A stretch of DNA of 62,029 nt, counting the filler, from Choristocarpus tenellus KU-1152 (lineage: Eukaryota; Protista; Phaeophyceae): assembly GCA_964200185.2 (NCBI GenBank). It is 11 parts of 11 records of this genome, joined end to end, with 100 filler letters (N's around TTAATTAATTAA, not from the genome) between each part and the next. Parts side by side here need not be neighbours in the genome. Positions count along the whole stretch, not along the records: positions 1 to 4,485 come from CAXNAD020014338.1; positions 4,586 to 8,030 come from CAXNAD020019979.1; positions 8,131 to 10,884 come from CAXNAD020025025.1; positions 10,985 to 16,024 come from CAXNAD020012077.1; 7 more parts are not named here. The stretch is one strand, 5' to 3'. Position 1 is the first letter of the stretch. Every line of letters begins with the position of its first letter. Positions 1 to 12,700 of the stretch are shown in pieces. The notes beneath the pieces were generated by a model. The model was not told where the DNA came from. It was given only the letters and a program-made list of their open reading frames with translations, and ran no database searches. Position numbers and translations under genes: made by a program.

Positions 1-588
1 AATTACAATCAGAGCACCACAGTACAGAACAGTCGCTCTGCGTTCCACACGAAAAGTATAGTATAGTATATGTTACTTGAGTTGCATCACATATTCAAGT
101 TTGTTCTCTTGTTCTGTTGTTTGTTTTTCTTTCACTCTTTCTTCTTCTTATCAGCAGAAGATGACGGTTGTACATTGGTGGATGATTATTATTTCTTTCG
201 CGACTGCCATTGATCCATCACAATGCACCAAACTCACTCTACAATGAGTGTACCAAACACACATCTGGATGTAATATAATCAGAGTAAAAACCATCCGTG
301 GAAACCCTTGCCAGCCAAGGTAACAAACCTCTCCACAGAGCATTGACTTCTTTCCTTGAGTATCTCATGAAATAACACTGAATTCACATCATACCATTCA
401 AGACTGAGATATCAATGACCTCAGATATAACAGAATAAATACATCGGTGCATTGCAGCACAATCACATCTATCCATAACATCGACTACGCATATCACTCA
501 TTGGTGCTTTGCAACACCATGATTCCTCATCACTAGTAGTCTACGCATTTTGCTTACATGTACGATACATTCGATTCAGGTTTGAACA

Positions 589-727
589 GTGTTCATTCAG
601 GCCCTGACCAGGAAACGTGCACTTATGTTATCCATCCGATGCATGCAACCAAATCACGCAAAATCACGACATGAAAAAATGGACCCCAAATGGACAGCTG
701 CCACCCCCTCTCCAGATACTTTGAGCC
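589..727. mobile_element. MITE family B, partial copy (one terminus intact)
   Basis: Matches the reverse complement of the full copy at 59157-59330; ends CCAGATACTTTGAGCC. Confidence 0.8.
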
Positions 728-854
728 TCAATATAAAAAAAAACAAGAATGTTGGTACCCATTGTTGTTTTTTTCCCCCTGGAATATTTGGAGGAGAGAA
801 GGACAAACGCAGGCACACAAACAACGACACAAGCACCATAAAACATACGTAGGA

Positions 855-1113
855 GAGCCAACGTATCCTAGAGGGTAGAGCCGGATCCATTTGGGGACCA
901 AATTCCATTGTTGCGATTTTGATGTAATTTTGGTCATCGTGTTTGTTAGGAAGTGTCAATATCCTTGTTCGGGACACACCTTCTCATAATGTATACATTT
1001 TACCTACTCCGAAACATTTTTTGAATAGGAAAATGTCATTAAAAAAACATGGGAAGCCAAGCCCCAAATGGACAAACTGGGCAAAACTCGTAGCCTCTAA
1101 GAAACTTTCACTC
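855..1113. mobile_element. MITE family A (Sola-like), full length, 259 bp
   Basis: TIRs GAGCCAACGTATCCTAGAGGGT ... GCCTCTAAGAAACTTTCACTC; perfect 4-bp TSD AGGA at 851-854 and 1114-1117. Confidence 0.88.
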
Positions 1114-1315
1114 AGGACTGCACAATAAGGCTAAAAACCATTATGTGAACAACTACTCTGAAACTGGGAGGGTGGGGTACGTACACAAGCAGGACATCAA
1201 CCCATCTACTAGGTGTGCCCTTGTGTGTATGGAGGACGATGGGAAGGAAGGTGAAGGGTGAGATGGAGATGGAGAATCTGCCTTGCAGGCAGACAGTGAG
1301 TCATTAGTGGTAAAG

Positions 1316-1554
1316 GAGTGAACGTATCTTAGAAGGTACGAGTTTTGCACAGTTTGTCCATTTGGGACTTGGCTTCCCATGTTTTTTTTATGACATTTTC
1401 TACTCCGAAACGTTTCGGAGTAGGTAAAATGTGTATGTTATGAAAAGTTGCGTCCGGAACAAGGGTATTGACATTTCCTAACAAACATGATAGCAGAACT
1501 ACATCAAAATCGCAACATTGGGTTTTGGCCCCCAAGTGGATGCGGCTCTGACTC
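1316..1554. mobile_element. MITE family A, near-full copy inverted relative to 855-1113
   Basis: Starts GAGTGAACGTATCTTAGAAGGTACGAG; central palindrome CTACTCCGAAACGTTTCGGAGTAG; right TIR partly deleted; no TSD match. Confidence 0.8.
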
Positions 1555-2215
1555 TCAGTTGGGTTGCTTTCTAGAGGAAAACCACCGTATCATAACCCAC
1601 CACTGCATATATCTACGATTGTGGTGTGTACCTGGTACTGTGTTTGATGGGGAAGGGAGAAAAGACATACCATGAATTCAGCTCAGTAAGTTGTTGGTGC
1701 TTATTCGGTGTCCAGTCATAACAAAGAGTACATGCTACAGCGTGCCCCTCAGAACTCACCTCCACAGGATATGCAACTAAAATCCAACGACCTTAAAACG
1801 ACACTATGGGAGGGTCCACAGATGATAACCACGTATGGTGTCAGTTGATGCTTAGCTCAGTCAATGTCTCGCTTTTCGCTTTATCAAAAGACGTAAATAT
1901 CAAAAGAACTGAGGGCGTGGTGATCCGCATCAGCCTTTTATTAACACCATTCACCATTTTTCTACTGCCAAAGAGTTAAATGAAGTCTGCAAACTGCCAA
2001 GTAGATGCTTCAATCATAAATCTTTATTCTGCAACTTTCAGGAATTGACATCTATTCTGCAATATTGTGTTTGCATTTCAAATCTTACTCTGCATCTTCT
2101 ATCAATTCAAAGTTCCTCCTACATGAATTCTTACCTATATATATACTGTTGGCGTATTTTGGCACTCAGAAAGAAATGCTCGCGCTATTCGCCTGTAACA
2201 TGCCCACCAGCGTGA

Positions 2216-3790
2216 ACTAGCAATACATGTTTCATACTTACCACAGGCGAGTGTCAACGGTGAAGGTAATAGATATCTTCAATCACCTCAGATCATCCTG
2301 TTTCAAGGAGAAAGAAAGAAGAAAAAAATACCTGACTCCTACTAGGCCCAAAACATATATCCTTATCAACTTGGAAAAATCTGTCTGTATCTAGCCTAAT
2401 CGGAGTATACATGTACTCTTTCTAAAGCACAGCTATCATAAGGTGCGAAGTATCATCTGATTATTGCCTGTCTCTTGCCCCCCAAGCACAAAGCATACTC
2501 ACGGCTGCTAGTGCATAAAACAGGCAATAACATCAACATCAGTGACAAAAAAAGGAGAAAAAAAGGAGAAAAAAAATGAAGATAGAACAAAACAAGGAAT
2601 TAAGGGGATCAGGTACCTGTTCGGATAAAGGAGAGAAAAAAAAAAGTTAAGCAAGGGATAGAGAAAAAATACAAAAAATACAAAAAAAGAAAATCCAAAA
2701 ATAAAACGAAAGAATAATATAAAATAAAAGGGGGAGAGAGAAAAAAAAATCCATGGAATAAGGGGGGTCAGGTACCTGATGTACACAGGAAAAAAAACAT
2801 TCAAAAACACAAAATGACAAAAAAATAAATCAAAACATCTTTAATAAATTGCTATCTGTTCTGATATAGGTTACTTCATGGTTCCAACATCTGCTATCCT
2901 ATGTTCCATGCAGGGACTACCTGTTTCATGCTTACCACAGGCAATAATCATTATCTGGCTAGTAAATATCCACCACCTTAGATCATGCTGCGGTGGCATG
3001 CATAATTGCCCTTTGGTAACATAGGGGCTTCAGTTCCGACTCTGCCCGTTGTTTCCAACATAGGGACTCCAGTTCCAACTCTACCAGTTCTTTCCAACAT
3101 AGGACTCCAGTTCCAAATTAACCCATGGACTTCAACAATGATCAACAATTCCCTCGTTTCCTTTGAGAACGGATCCTCAAAAGTCGTAAGGCACAGTCAA
3201 GATCAATATGTATCTGACCAGATAAGAGTATATACTTTTATTTAAAATATATATATATAACTCCAACTAGCCCCAAAACAGGTCAACAAATATCCTTGTC
3301 TAACCTGGGAAAATTTCCCAAGGGTCACAGAATACCATTAGAGTCAGATTGCCCCTGGCCTAGTCTGAGTATACATTTGCTCTTTCTGAAACACACCTTC
3401 AAAATTTACAATATATCTCTGACATGGCCTAAAATGAATAGATCCCCAGTTCCAATCACTCTTATCACAAATGTGATTAATTTATCCACGTTCCCTTCAA
3501 GGTGTCCATAAGGTCACACAATGCAATCCGTTAAATTGTCTGGCCTAATCCGAGTATACACTTGTTTCTTTTGAACTGGACCTTCAAAAGTTACAAAGAG
3601 TACGTAGCTCTGATTGGGCATACAATTCATGCGTCTTCCGTTCCAATCTTCCCGGTTATATAAATGCAAGTGCTATCAAGGATTAGACATATTATTCATG
3701 ACCCACACAGCATCTGATTATTGCCTGCCCTATGCCCCCCAAGCATAAAACATACTCAAGGCTGCTAGTGCGCAAAGCAGGCAATGACAA
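2216..3790. repeat. Diverged direct duplications plus a 39-bp tandem repeat (3018-3117, about 2.5 copies)
   Basis: 2451-2531 resembles 3711-3790; 2391-2430 resembles 3355-3395 and 3540-3577; 2233-2300 resembles 2922-2990; tandem unit AACATAGGGACTCCAGTTCCAACTCTACCAGTTCTTTCC. Confidence 0.65.
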
Positions 3791-4485
3791 AAATTATGAT
3801 AAATAAATAATGAAGGGCTAATGAGAGCAACAAATAGTACAAATAATAAATAAAGAGAAACAAAATAAATATAAATAAAACAGGTAATAAATAGAAAATT
3901 AAAAATAGTATGTGGATGATGAGGGTAACAAAGTGGAAACTGAATAAATAAAATAAAATAAAAGGAGGAACAAAATAGTAAAAACAAAGCAAATAAAAAA
4001 AGGAAAAAATCGGTAAATAAGGAGAGTAACAACTATGAAAAAGAAAAATCAAATAAAAAATCAGGGGATGATGGGATGAGAATTACAAATAAATAAACAT
4101 TAGAAAAATAGAAGTGAGATATAGAAGATATAAAAAATAGAGAATTCAAGATCACAAAGAGTTGTTACAACATAGAAAAGAGGAAAATAAATAAATAAAA
4201 ATAAAAAAGTAGTAAGTTCAGTGTTTATATTTTCTAAGGACTTCAGCCTATATACAACTGATGTATATTAATGTGTGGTCTAATGTGGGCAACTTCATTT
4301 TAACTTCTGCTGTCTCCTGTTCCTTTCAGTGGCTATGATTTTCACTGCTTTAATGTCTTTGTTAAAGAAATTAGTATTCCCAAGACTTGTGTGTGTAAGT
4401 AACTCGATTATTTCCTCATTATGTAGAACAAGTTGTACATGAAGTAAGGAAGGTGTAAGAAATGAGAGTGAGCTTCAAAGCTCAA

Positions 4486-4585
4486 NNNNNNNNNNNNNNN
4501 NNNNNNNNNNNNNNNNNNNNNNNNNNNNNTTAATTAATTAANNNNNNNNNNNNNNNNNNNNNNNNNNNNNNNNNNNNNNNNNNNN
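4486..4585. other. Artificial contig-joining spacer; also at 8031, 10885, 16025, 20325, 27540, 31927, 40657, 52288 and 59407
   Basis: N44-TTAATTAATTAA-N44 cassette with stops in all six frames, repeated ten times. Confidence 0.98.
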
Positions 4586-7161
4586 CAAACTCCACATCCG
4601 ACCGGAATCCTAAACTAGGCCCGTCAAGTCTAAACTTCCCTGTTTTACAGCCCCCTCCATTGATTTTGAGAGATTCAAAAAGAGTTCGTAATTTTGAGCT
4701 CACATCATAGCCCTGACTTGCAAGACCCATGTCAACCATACAGCTGAAGGGTGGCTTGATCAGGGGGACGTCCCAAACTGAAACATCTTCAAGGAAGTGA
4801 GAGCTATTCCATTGGACTGGGTTGACGAAGTGAAGCCCAGGGTAGCTCTCCGCAAAAGCTAGGGCTGCTAAGAGCTAGCAAATATTAGTGGATGCAGTCA
4901 ACAATATGGAAGAGAAGGAGAAGGAGGAGGAAATGTCAGGTGAGGCGGAGTAGTGAGGTTAATGAACAATTTTACTTGGAAGTACGTCGTTAACATGACA
5001 GGTGGAATATCCTATGGTTATCGACATTTTCCGACACCAAATGCATGGGGAAGATAAAAAAAAGAAAAAGAAGGGAAAAAGTCAGAATAGACAGAAATTG
5101 TTGCTTTAGGGTCGTCTATTGCCGTCAAGAAACTGAGTATACATATATTCAACAGTTACATAAGATCGAAACCACGTCTTTCTCTACATATTTATGTAAT
5201 ACTATCCGTATTTTGTCGAAATACTAAGTTATCTATCTTGGAGGTATGGTCATAGTCCCGAATGTAAAGAAGATAATTAACACCACCTCCTCCGTCAAGT
5301 GGAAACGCGTAGTGTCCTTCATCCCCCAATCCCTCATTTGCTAGTTTTTTCTAACGTTACTCTTCAAACCAGCTACACTACCCTTGAGACTGTCTTCCCT
5401 TGCTTCTCAAAAGTTTGCTCCAATGATCCTTCATGACGGGCATGCCCCTCCTCCCCCATAATAGTTTGTGCATACTCACCTTGTGACTGATACTTTCATT
5501 TTGTACAAAAAGCAACAACCATGGCTTTTTCTGCCGTGGCAGAGAGTCTTGAGATCACATAAGGAAAGTCATTTTCGAGGTAAAGTCAATATTCTAGCCA
5601 TGTTGTTGACCACCTCACACCACAATCAATAGTGAACAACTCAACTCTAAGGCCCATCATAGAACCTCAAAATAGTCCGCTTTTTCTTGTTATTAAATCA
5701 GAAGTCAGGTTGACGATTCAACATATCAGAATTTTATTTTCCGGCATTGCTCTTAGTTGACTTGACCATTATTTTTGTATTGGTACAGCATTATCTTTGG
5801 AGTCCCAATATGCTTTAGGCTTACTCAGTCCACTGTTCTGCCAGCAACAGTTTTTCATTAATCAGTCAGATTGTGCTATACATACATCTCGGTCCTATCC
5901 TCCCTGGGGGTAAATATACTGATAATAATATATGATGTTGCGACATTCTTCTACCTTGAGATCACACTTTTCTATTTGAATCGCCCTCCCAATCTCTGCA
6001 ACAAACTGCTGATGTCACAATATTCTCCAGGGCTTGGTCTTCAACTCTTACTGTCACTATTCCTTAAATTTGTATTTGATTGTATCATAACATGTACCAA
6101 GTTTCATGCGACTCAGATACTCAATGAGATCAAACCTCTGCAATACCTGTGTCCATGTTTTGCACCCTTCAGCAAATAAATCTATCGCTTTGTGATTTCC
6201 AGCTATCATGCTACATGCTACATCTCAAAAAAATACCTCACCCCCCATTCCATACAATGGTGAATAACTAGTGTTTTGAATTGAAAGCCGAATCAACTGT
6301 GATAAAATCACCCCAAAAATTGTCTATGTACTCGATCATCATGGTGAAAACATTTCATGCACCACACAAACCGAGATACACATATAGCCAACGTGTATGA
6401 GTAGAACGCTATGTCTGCCTTCGCACAAAAATATTAAATCGAAAAACCACCTATATTTTTGAGTTTCAAATATCACAATATTATTGGATCAATCATCATA
6501 ATTCGCCACTCTTCCAATAGCTGATAGAAAACATACACTCACCTCAGGAATATCTACACTCCCAAAGTTATGGACCCGAAGACTGACAAGGAAATCTTCC
6601 AGATCTTCATCCTTGATAGAAGTAGTCACCTCCCCCGTTTGAGTCTGCGCACGATGTGACAGTGCTTCCCTCAACTTTGCGTTGAGATTCTTCGGAAGAA
6701 TGGCATCCCCACCAAAAGTGAAGCTTGGGACCTCAAAACCGAAAACGTATGAGCTGAAAGAAGCACGTTTTTGGTACATCTGGGGCAGCTTTTCTACCTC
6801 ATACCACTGCACCAGTAGCTCGCCTCTGATTGAATAGATATCCTTGTGCAGAGGTTCGCGCGCGACAATGGTGCCAGCCTCGATATAGTAGATGAGTTTT
6901 GTTGTGTTGCCACATATCTCATCTCCCCAAAGTTGGATATAGTCTACATTAGTTCGGTTTTGGACAGTCACGCCTGGAAGACCACCGAAGGTCCTGAGAA
7001 AAATTGTAGTCGCCGCACAACGCAGGAGAGCCAGGAAAAACTGAGTGGAAAATTGTGTGAGACCAACGTCAACCTGTTGTGTCGTTTTCATTGTGTGAGC
7101 CCTAGCATACGCAAAGTATGAGGTACGCATGTTGTTGAGGTTGGAGAAAGTATTGTGTAAC
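4586..7161 (-). CDS. Partial multi-exon hypothetical protein; exons about 7161-6543 and 4874-4586 (runs into gap)
   Basis: 619-nt open exon bounded by AG and GAG|GTGAGT; phase-compatible open exon after TAG acceptor reading LLAALAFAESYPGLHFVNPVQWNSSHFLEDVSVWDVPLIKPPF...; no family recognised. Confidence 0.55.
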
Positions 7162-7964
7162 CTTTATTCGTAAGAAACAGCAATATATTATATTGAGCCA
7201 AGGAAGGGCATTCAACCAAAAAATTCGTGTAAGCTATGAAACGGAAGTTTCAGCAATATATTTTAGTGAGCCAAGGAACGACATTCAATGAGTGACTTGC
7301 TTACCCCTCAGTGTTGGCAACATGTAGATTTGCAAAAAAAAGAAGAATAAACAAGCATAGCGCTTTTGAAGAAAATGCTAAATTTGTGGACTTTTAGGGC
7401 TTCACAGATAATACAAAACACAAGCCTCAACTCTTAGTGTTCTGAATCGCAACGATCAATTCGTTTTATCAAGAAATAAGCAGAATAACCCCATATTTGA
7501 GAAGAATCGATTATTCAGCTATGCTATTGCGCATATTTCAAGTTACCCATTTCGAGCAACAGCAGCAATCACATACAAGGCCCCTACTAACGTCACCACA
7601 ACATTTTAATGGGTACGAAATATGTCTGCAGCCCACAGTCGCATAGGTAGTGCTTCATCACAAAAGTTTCTTCATACAGGGATAGGATCCATCGTGACAG
7701 TTGTGTACAAGTACAGTTGCACACATAAATTGTCTATGCATCAGATTCTTCTTAGTGCTACAGGTTTACAACTAAAACTTGACTATTGTATAGGAAGCAG
7801 CATCTTAAGCAGAGGTCCACTTCCTCAGTGAAGTTGACAGTATCGTATAACTCAGAAGTGCATCCTTGACTGTATATACCCCAAATCACTTGTATCATTT
7901 GGGGCAATTCCGTAATTTCGTACCGCTCTGACATCTTCCAATTTCATAATTGGCAGAAAGAGGA

Positions 7965-8030
7965 GGGTCAAAGTATCTGGGGGGGGGGGGACGGCGTCCG
8001 TTTTTCCCACTTTTTTCGATCTTCACTTTT
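7965..8030. mobile_element. Family-B-type terminus at contig end
   Basis: AGGA|GGGTCAAAGTATCTGGGGGG running into the gap. Confidence 0.65.
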
Positions 8031-8130
8031 NNNNNNNNNNNNNNNNNNNNNNNNNNNNNNNNNNNNNNNNNNNNTTAATTAATTAANNNNNNNNNNNNNN
8101 NNNNNNNNNNNNNNNNNNNNNNNNNNNNNN

Positions 8131-9155
8131 CCCCCCTAATCCCAACCCTAAGCAGTCAGACCCGTGGGGGTGCAGGGCCAAGAGACGGCAAAGGTCAATG
8201 CAAGGAAAACACTTGTCAACACGCCTGGAAGGTGATGAAGATGAGCAAAGCAGCAACAGTGACAATCAGAACATACATTGGGAGGAAAAAAACAGGGAGA
8301 TTAGGATTATTCAAGAGGAAGTGGAGGGGGGAGGGGGTGTGGGAAGGTGGATGAGGTTGATTGAGGCTAGGGTTAGGAGTTGATATCATTGCACTCTGAA
8401 TAGTATCAACAACCTTGGAAAAAAGAGGGTTGATTTGAAGATAAGATGTCAGTGATATTATTGATATCAATGGGTACCCTCTGTAAGGACGGTATAGTAT
8501 GGTATAGCACAGGGGCAGGTCTAGAGTAGTGGAGGGGAAAACTTCTCTTCCTTTAGATAAACAAGCACTAAAAAAAGAGGTCATGAAGGCTTACTTACGT
8601 CTAGGTGTTACTTCAATCCATGTACCATATAAGGACAGGAACGAATTTTAACACAACACGAAATCAGAACCTAAATATACAAAAAACAAACAAAAAAAGC
8701 GAGCAAAAAAACAAAAAAAGAACCTACTACGACTATGTTATATTTGAGAAACTTCCAAAACATGACGTCATCTGCAAGCATCAAAATCGGACAAAAACCA
8801 TTCTAAGATCATATTCATTGTTGTACCCTGAAAGCATGTATTAATAAAAAAAAAGTGTGTACAGGAGTAGAGCCGCGATGTCGCGCAGTAAAAAATAAAA
8901 AAGACGATGCAGGGTTAGGGTTAGGGGTACTGCATAATACCACACAATTTGTGGGAAACACGGAGACACACGCTTCCCAAGTACAACAAAAACTCACGCG
9001 TGATGTAGCGAATGGTGAGAGCAAAAAACTTACCAAGTGAGAAGCTTGAGAAGGAGAGCGATCTCCTGAGGTCTTATGGTGGAAGTGTGATAGTGGCTAG
9101 AATTGGACAGGGTTGCAGCCAGTGAGGACAACGCCAAAGACTCATCTCCTGACAT
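8131..9155 (-). CDS. PLAA: PUL-domain protein, phospholipase A2-activating protein / Doa1 / Ufd3 homolog (partial); exons 9155-9034 and 8224-8131
   Basis: Spliced product MSGDESLALSSLAATLSNSSHYHTSTIRPQEIALLLKLLTW|RVDKCFPCIDLCRLLALHPHG fits the PUL pattern LLxWxxxxxFPxxDLxRLxxLHP; phase-2 GT-AG intron (TG|G). Confidence 0.72.
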
Positions 9156-9287
9156 CTGTTGCAAGTTCAACACACAAAGAGGGTTAGGGTTAGGGTTAGG
9201 GTTACATGCAGATGAAGAAGTAAAAAGCAAAGAAGAAACAAGAAGACAACCTTGAATCCATATCAAACATAACTAATGCCCCTCATA

Positions 9288-9322
<35 letters not shown>

Positions 9323-10629
9323 ATGGGCAGCGACTGTTCCTTGACATCACCAGCTGAAAGACCTCATTCCGTGGTAGAAGGTCTTACGTGTTTTGAGGTT
9401 AGGGTCAGGGTTAGGGTCACATAAGAGGGAAGGAAGGGCGCCGTCAACAGGATGTCGTCATAGTAGACAAAGGTGGACAAGGGTAAAAAAATAAAATCTT
9501 GAACCTAAAATCTCAGCTAAATCCAACTTCGTTCTCTAGTCCACCTATTTCTCACCATCCTCTCTGAGACCACAAGAAACGCCTTCTCAATGCAGCCTTT
9601 TTCCCACCCCACAAACTATTCAAACTGATGCTGAATAGAGAAAATAACACAAAAATAAAAATACCACGGCACCGAACACCTGAACTTGATAGTGTAACCA
9701 CAGTTTCAACAACAGTTACTTGATAGTGTAGCCAAAGTTAAAACCAATAGCATCAAGTAAGTACAACATCACGCCTTAACCCTAACCCTAAATATATATA
9801 TATATATACATACGCCTACACCCTTCCCCCAACTTTTTCTTATAAACACCCTCATTCAACAGTATGCACACTCTGAGACACCAACAGAGCCTGGCTTGCA
9901 AAAGAAAAGCATTAGGAAATGAACCCACCGAAGACTGTCCTCAACAAGACGTGTCCGTCCCGTACCTTTTCCTGACAATTTTTGAAGGCGAATTCACTAC
10001 TGTGTCAGATACTTGAGAAGAAGAAAAGATGCTGGCTACATTGTCTACGCACCTCACACACAACAACAATTTTTGAATCATAGATTCACCCCCCCCCCCC
10101 ACAGAAATAAAGGTTGTCCGTGAATAGCCTCAGGCACAAATAAAAATATTCTATTGGATTGCCCCTCAATGGTCTGCCTGCTCCTGTCGGGAGTATCAAA
10201 GCAATTCAACCATACACAGAGGGGGGCATGGGGGACCTCACTCTTTTACAACGCCTTCGTGCTTCTTACCACCCTTTTAACACTAGTGTATATACAGTAA
10301 CCGACCACAACAGTCAGGGTTACAGTTACGGTTCCCTCCTTAACTAAAACTATTTTGATTAGAAAAAACACTTCACAGTATTTTAAACAGCATGGTTACT
10401 GTATAGTACTTTAAACAGCATGGTTACAGTTCTGCAAAAAAAAAAAAAACTTCTACAATGTATTTTTTAAAACCACCTCCTTCCCTATATAATATATAAC
10501 CTTAGAACAGCATCAATACCATTCTTTGAAGAAAAAAAAAGAAACATAAAAATCCCAGGGCTTTTCACCGGGCAGGCAACTTTGAAAAGTCACATCCACC
10601 AGCCAGACCGGCCCCACATTTATTTAACA

Positions 10630-10884
10630 TGTACCAGTCCATGTCCACTAGGCATTGTACCAGTCCATGTCCGCCGACCAGACCAGGTCAAACATTCTCT
10701 GACATGTCCAGACCATGTCCAAAGGGTATATTGTACCAGTCCATGTCCAAAGGGAATATATTACCAGTCCATGTCCAAAGGGTATATTGTACCAGTCCAT
10801 GTCCAAAGGGTATATTGTACCAGTCCATGTCCAAAGGGTATATTGTACCAGTCCATGTCCAAAGGGAATATATTACCAGTCCAT
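10630..10884. repeat. 28-bp minisatellite CCATGTCCAAAGGGTATATTGTACCAGT
   Basis: Six exact-length units from 10713 (variant order A B A A A B) plus degenerate units upstream; truncated by gap. Confidence 0.92.
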
Positions 10885-11195
10885 NNNNNNNNNNNNNNNN
10901 NNNNNNNNNNNNNNNNNNNNNNNNNNNNTTAATTAATTAANNNNNNNNNNNNNNNNNNNNNNNNNNNNNNNNNNNNNNNNNNNNTGTTTTAATGGAGGTG
11001 TCCAAGCATTTTGCGGATTATAACCTGGTATGCAGGAAACAAAAACTCCATCCTTACTTCTTTGGGGGGGTGGGTTAGTGGGGGTTACGGGGAGGACGTT
11101 GAGCGGAAGTGGGGAGTACTCTCATCGTCGTCATACCACCAAAGCAGACCTGGACCTTCGGCAAGAATGGGAGGTCAATGGTGGTACTTTGGGAT

Positions 11196-11455
11196 GACCC
11201 AAAAGCGTTTAAGAGGGTAGGGCCATGTACGTTTGTGATCATAAATCCAATATTGCAATTCTGATGAATTTTCACTATCGTATTTGTTAGCATGTGTCAC
11301 TATCCTTACTCCGGAAACACCTTTCGTAGCTGTATACATTTTAGGCAACTGTGTTCACACAGAAAACCGAAAAAGGACATAAAAGAAACGTGGGAAGCCA
11401 AGCCCTGAACGGACAAACAGGAAAAAAACGCTAACCCTCTTAAGTGCTTTGGGTA
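11196..11455. mobile_element. MITE family A, subfamily A2, full length
   Basis: GACCCAAAAGCGTTTAAGAGGGT ... ACCCTCTTAAGTGCTTTGGGTA; body aligns with 17085-17341 and 18858-19115; TSD not preserved. Confidence 0.8.
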
Positions 11456-11479
11456 TCTGTCATAGCAGACCCTCGCTTT

Positions 11480-12700
11480 TACCCTTGAGGTTCCGGTGAG
11501 GTGCAAGACATACCTCACCTGGAGGGTGGATTAACTTGGCCAGTACAGACAAGTGGACACAAGCAAGCATCTTGCCTCTTGTTTTCACACCAATCCTTGC
11601 ATCACCAAGGATGCTGATGACCAAGTTTTACTATTTTCAACGTATGTGAGTATGCTCTAAGCCACACACCAAGTTTAATGACATCTACTCTCTTCCACCG
11701 ATTTTGTTAACCAGTTTAACCTCGTGTTTTCTGTGATCGCCCAAGGCGTCATGTTTTCTACCACCACTTGCTCTCGTCATGTCCTTAGAGTACATTCATA
11801 TGGAACTGGGTTGAATTCTGGATAACAGTGAGCTGGGGTTGTGCGATTGGTGATGGCAAGGTGGTGTCATTATTAGCTCTAAGCAGAGTAGTGACCATAC
11901 ACTTCAGAGTAGGTCATTAAAAATGGGGGGGAAGTCAAGCAGAGCATGGCAAACACATTGCCATTGTTCCTGCCCTTCTGCAAGTTCCAGGCTTCGAATG
12001 GATTAGATCTCCACTGTTTCTCCTAAATTATACAAGGTGGTGCTATTCTGTTACCTCGACACATACGCTTTCCAGTGGCCTCATCACCATCCTGATACAT
12101 CACATTCACTAGTGGTGTGGCATGGGAGATCATGAAGGCAAGGCTAACATTGATACTGTTCCCTAACATATGTCTATGTTGTTGTCTATGTTGTATATGC
12201 CACTGACCCCGAGAACATGCCACCCCCTGACATGTTATGGTCTCAGAACAAATGTATTACCCTATGTCATTTAAGTGCAATCAAGCGCAGGCTCCACACT
12301 AAAGAATCTTCCGTTCTCGCAAGTTGAGGGACCTTGTCAGGGTCGGATCTGCAACACCATGTGCTATCAGAGCACACTCAATGGCAAAACAGCAGTAGTT
12401 AGAAGTTGGGGGTCTGACAAGGAAATTAGTGAGATACAAATAGTGTTGACATGCATTTCTCCATCAAGCACATGCAACTAACACTAGTTAAAATATTGTG
12501 GTACAAGAAGAGGCCTCCTGCATCTTTCATGGTCATTCGTACAATGCAAATCCTACCTTGCACATGTTCTTATTTTTGTGTGTGGAAACGTCTTCCTCAC
12601 TCTGCTCCGATCCTGTTTATCAACAAATATCCTACTAACAACACCTGCACGCTTCGTAATGTTGACATTTCGCAGTTATTATAGCCATTGTTTCGCAAAT
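11480..12700 (-). pseudogene. Possible highly decayed Copia integrase region
   Basis: Scattered motif-like fragments (NRTTP...VPYE, GKMLACVH) with many stops and frameshifts. Confidence 0.25.

Noticed and set aside
180-560. Minus-strand SVERFVTLAGKGF resembling Copia RT
   Set aside because: One weak motif with no supporting neighbours.
2508-4052. Phe/Leu/Ile-rich ORFs as membrane proteins
   Set aside because: They are translations of the complement of A-rich low-complexity tracts.
4530-4541. Repeated TTAATTAATTAA motif as a biological site
   Set aside because: Always centred in N runs of fixed length; it is an assembly spacer.
10713-10884. 28-bp repeats as a CRISPR array
   Set aside because: Units are contiguous with no unique spacers, there are no cas genes, and the context is eukaryotic.
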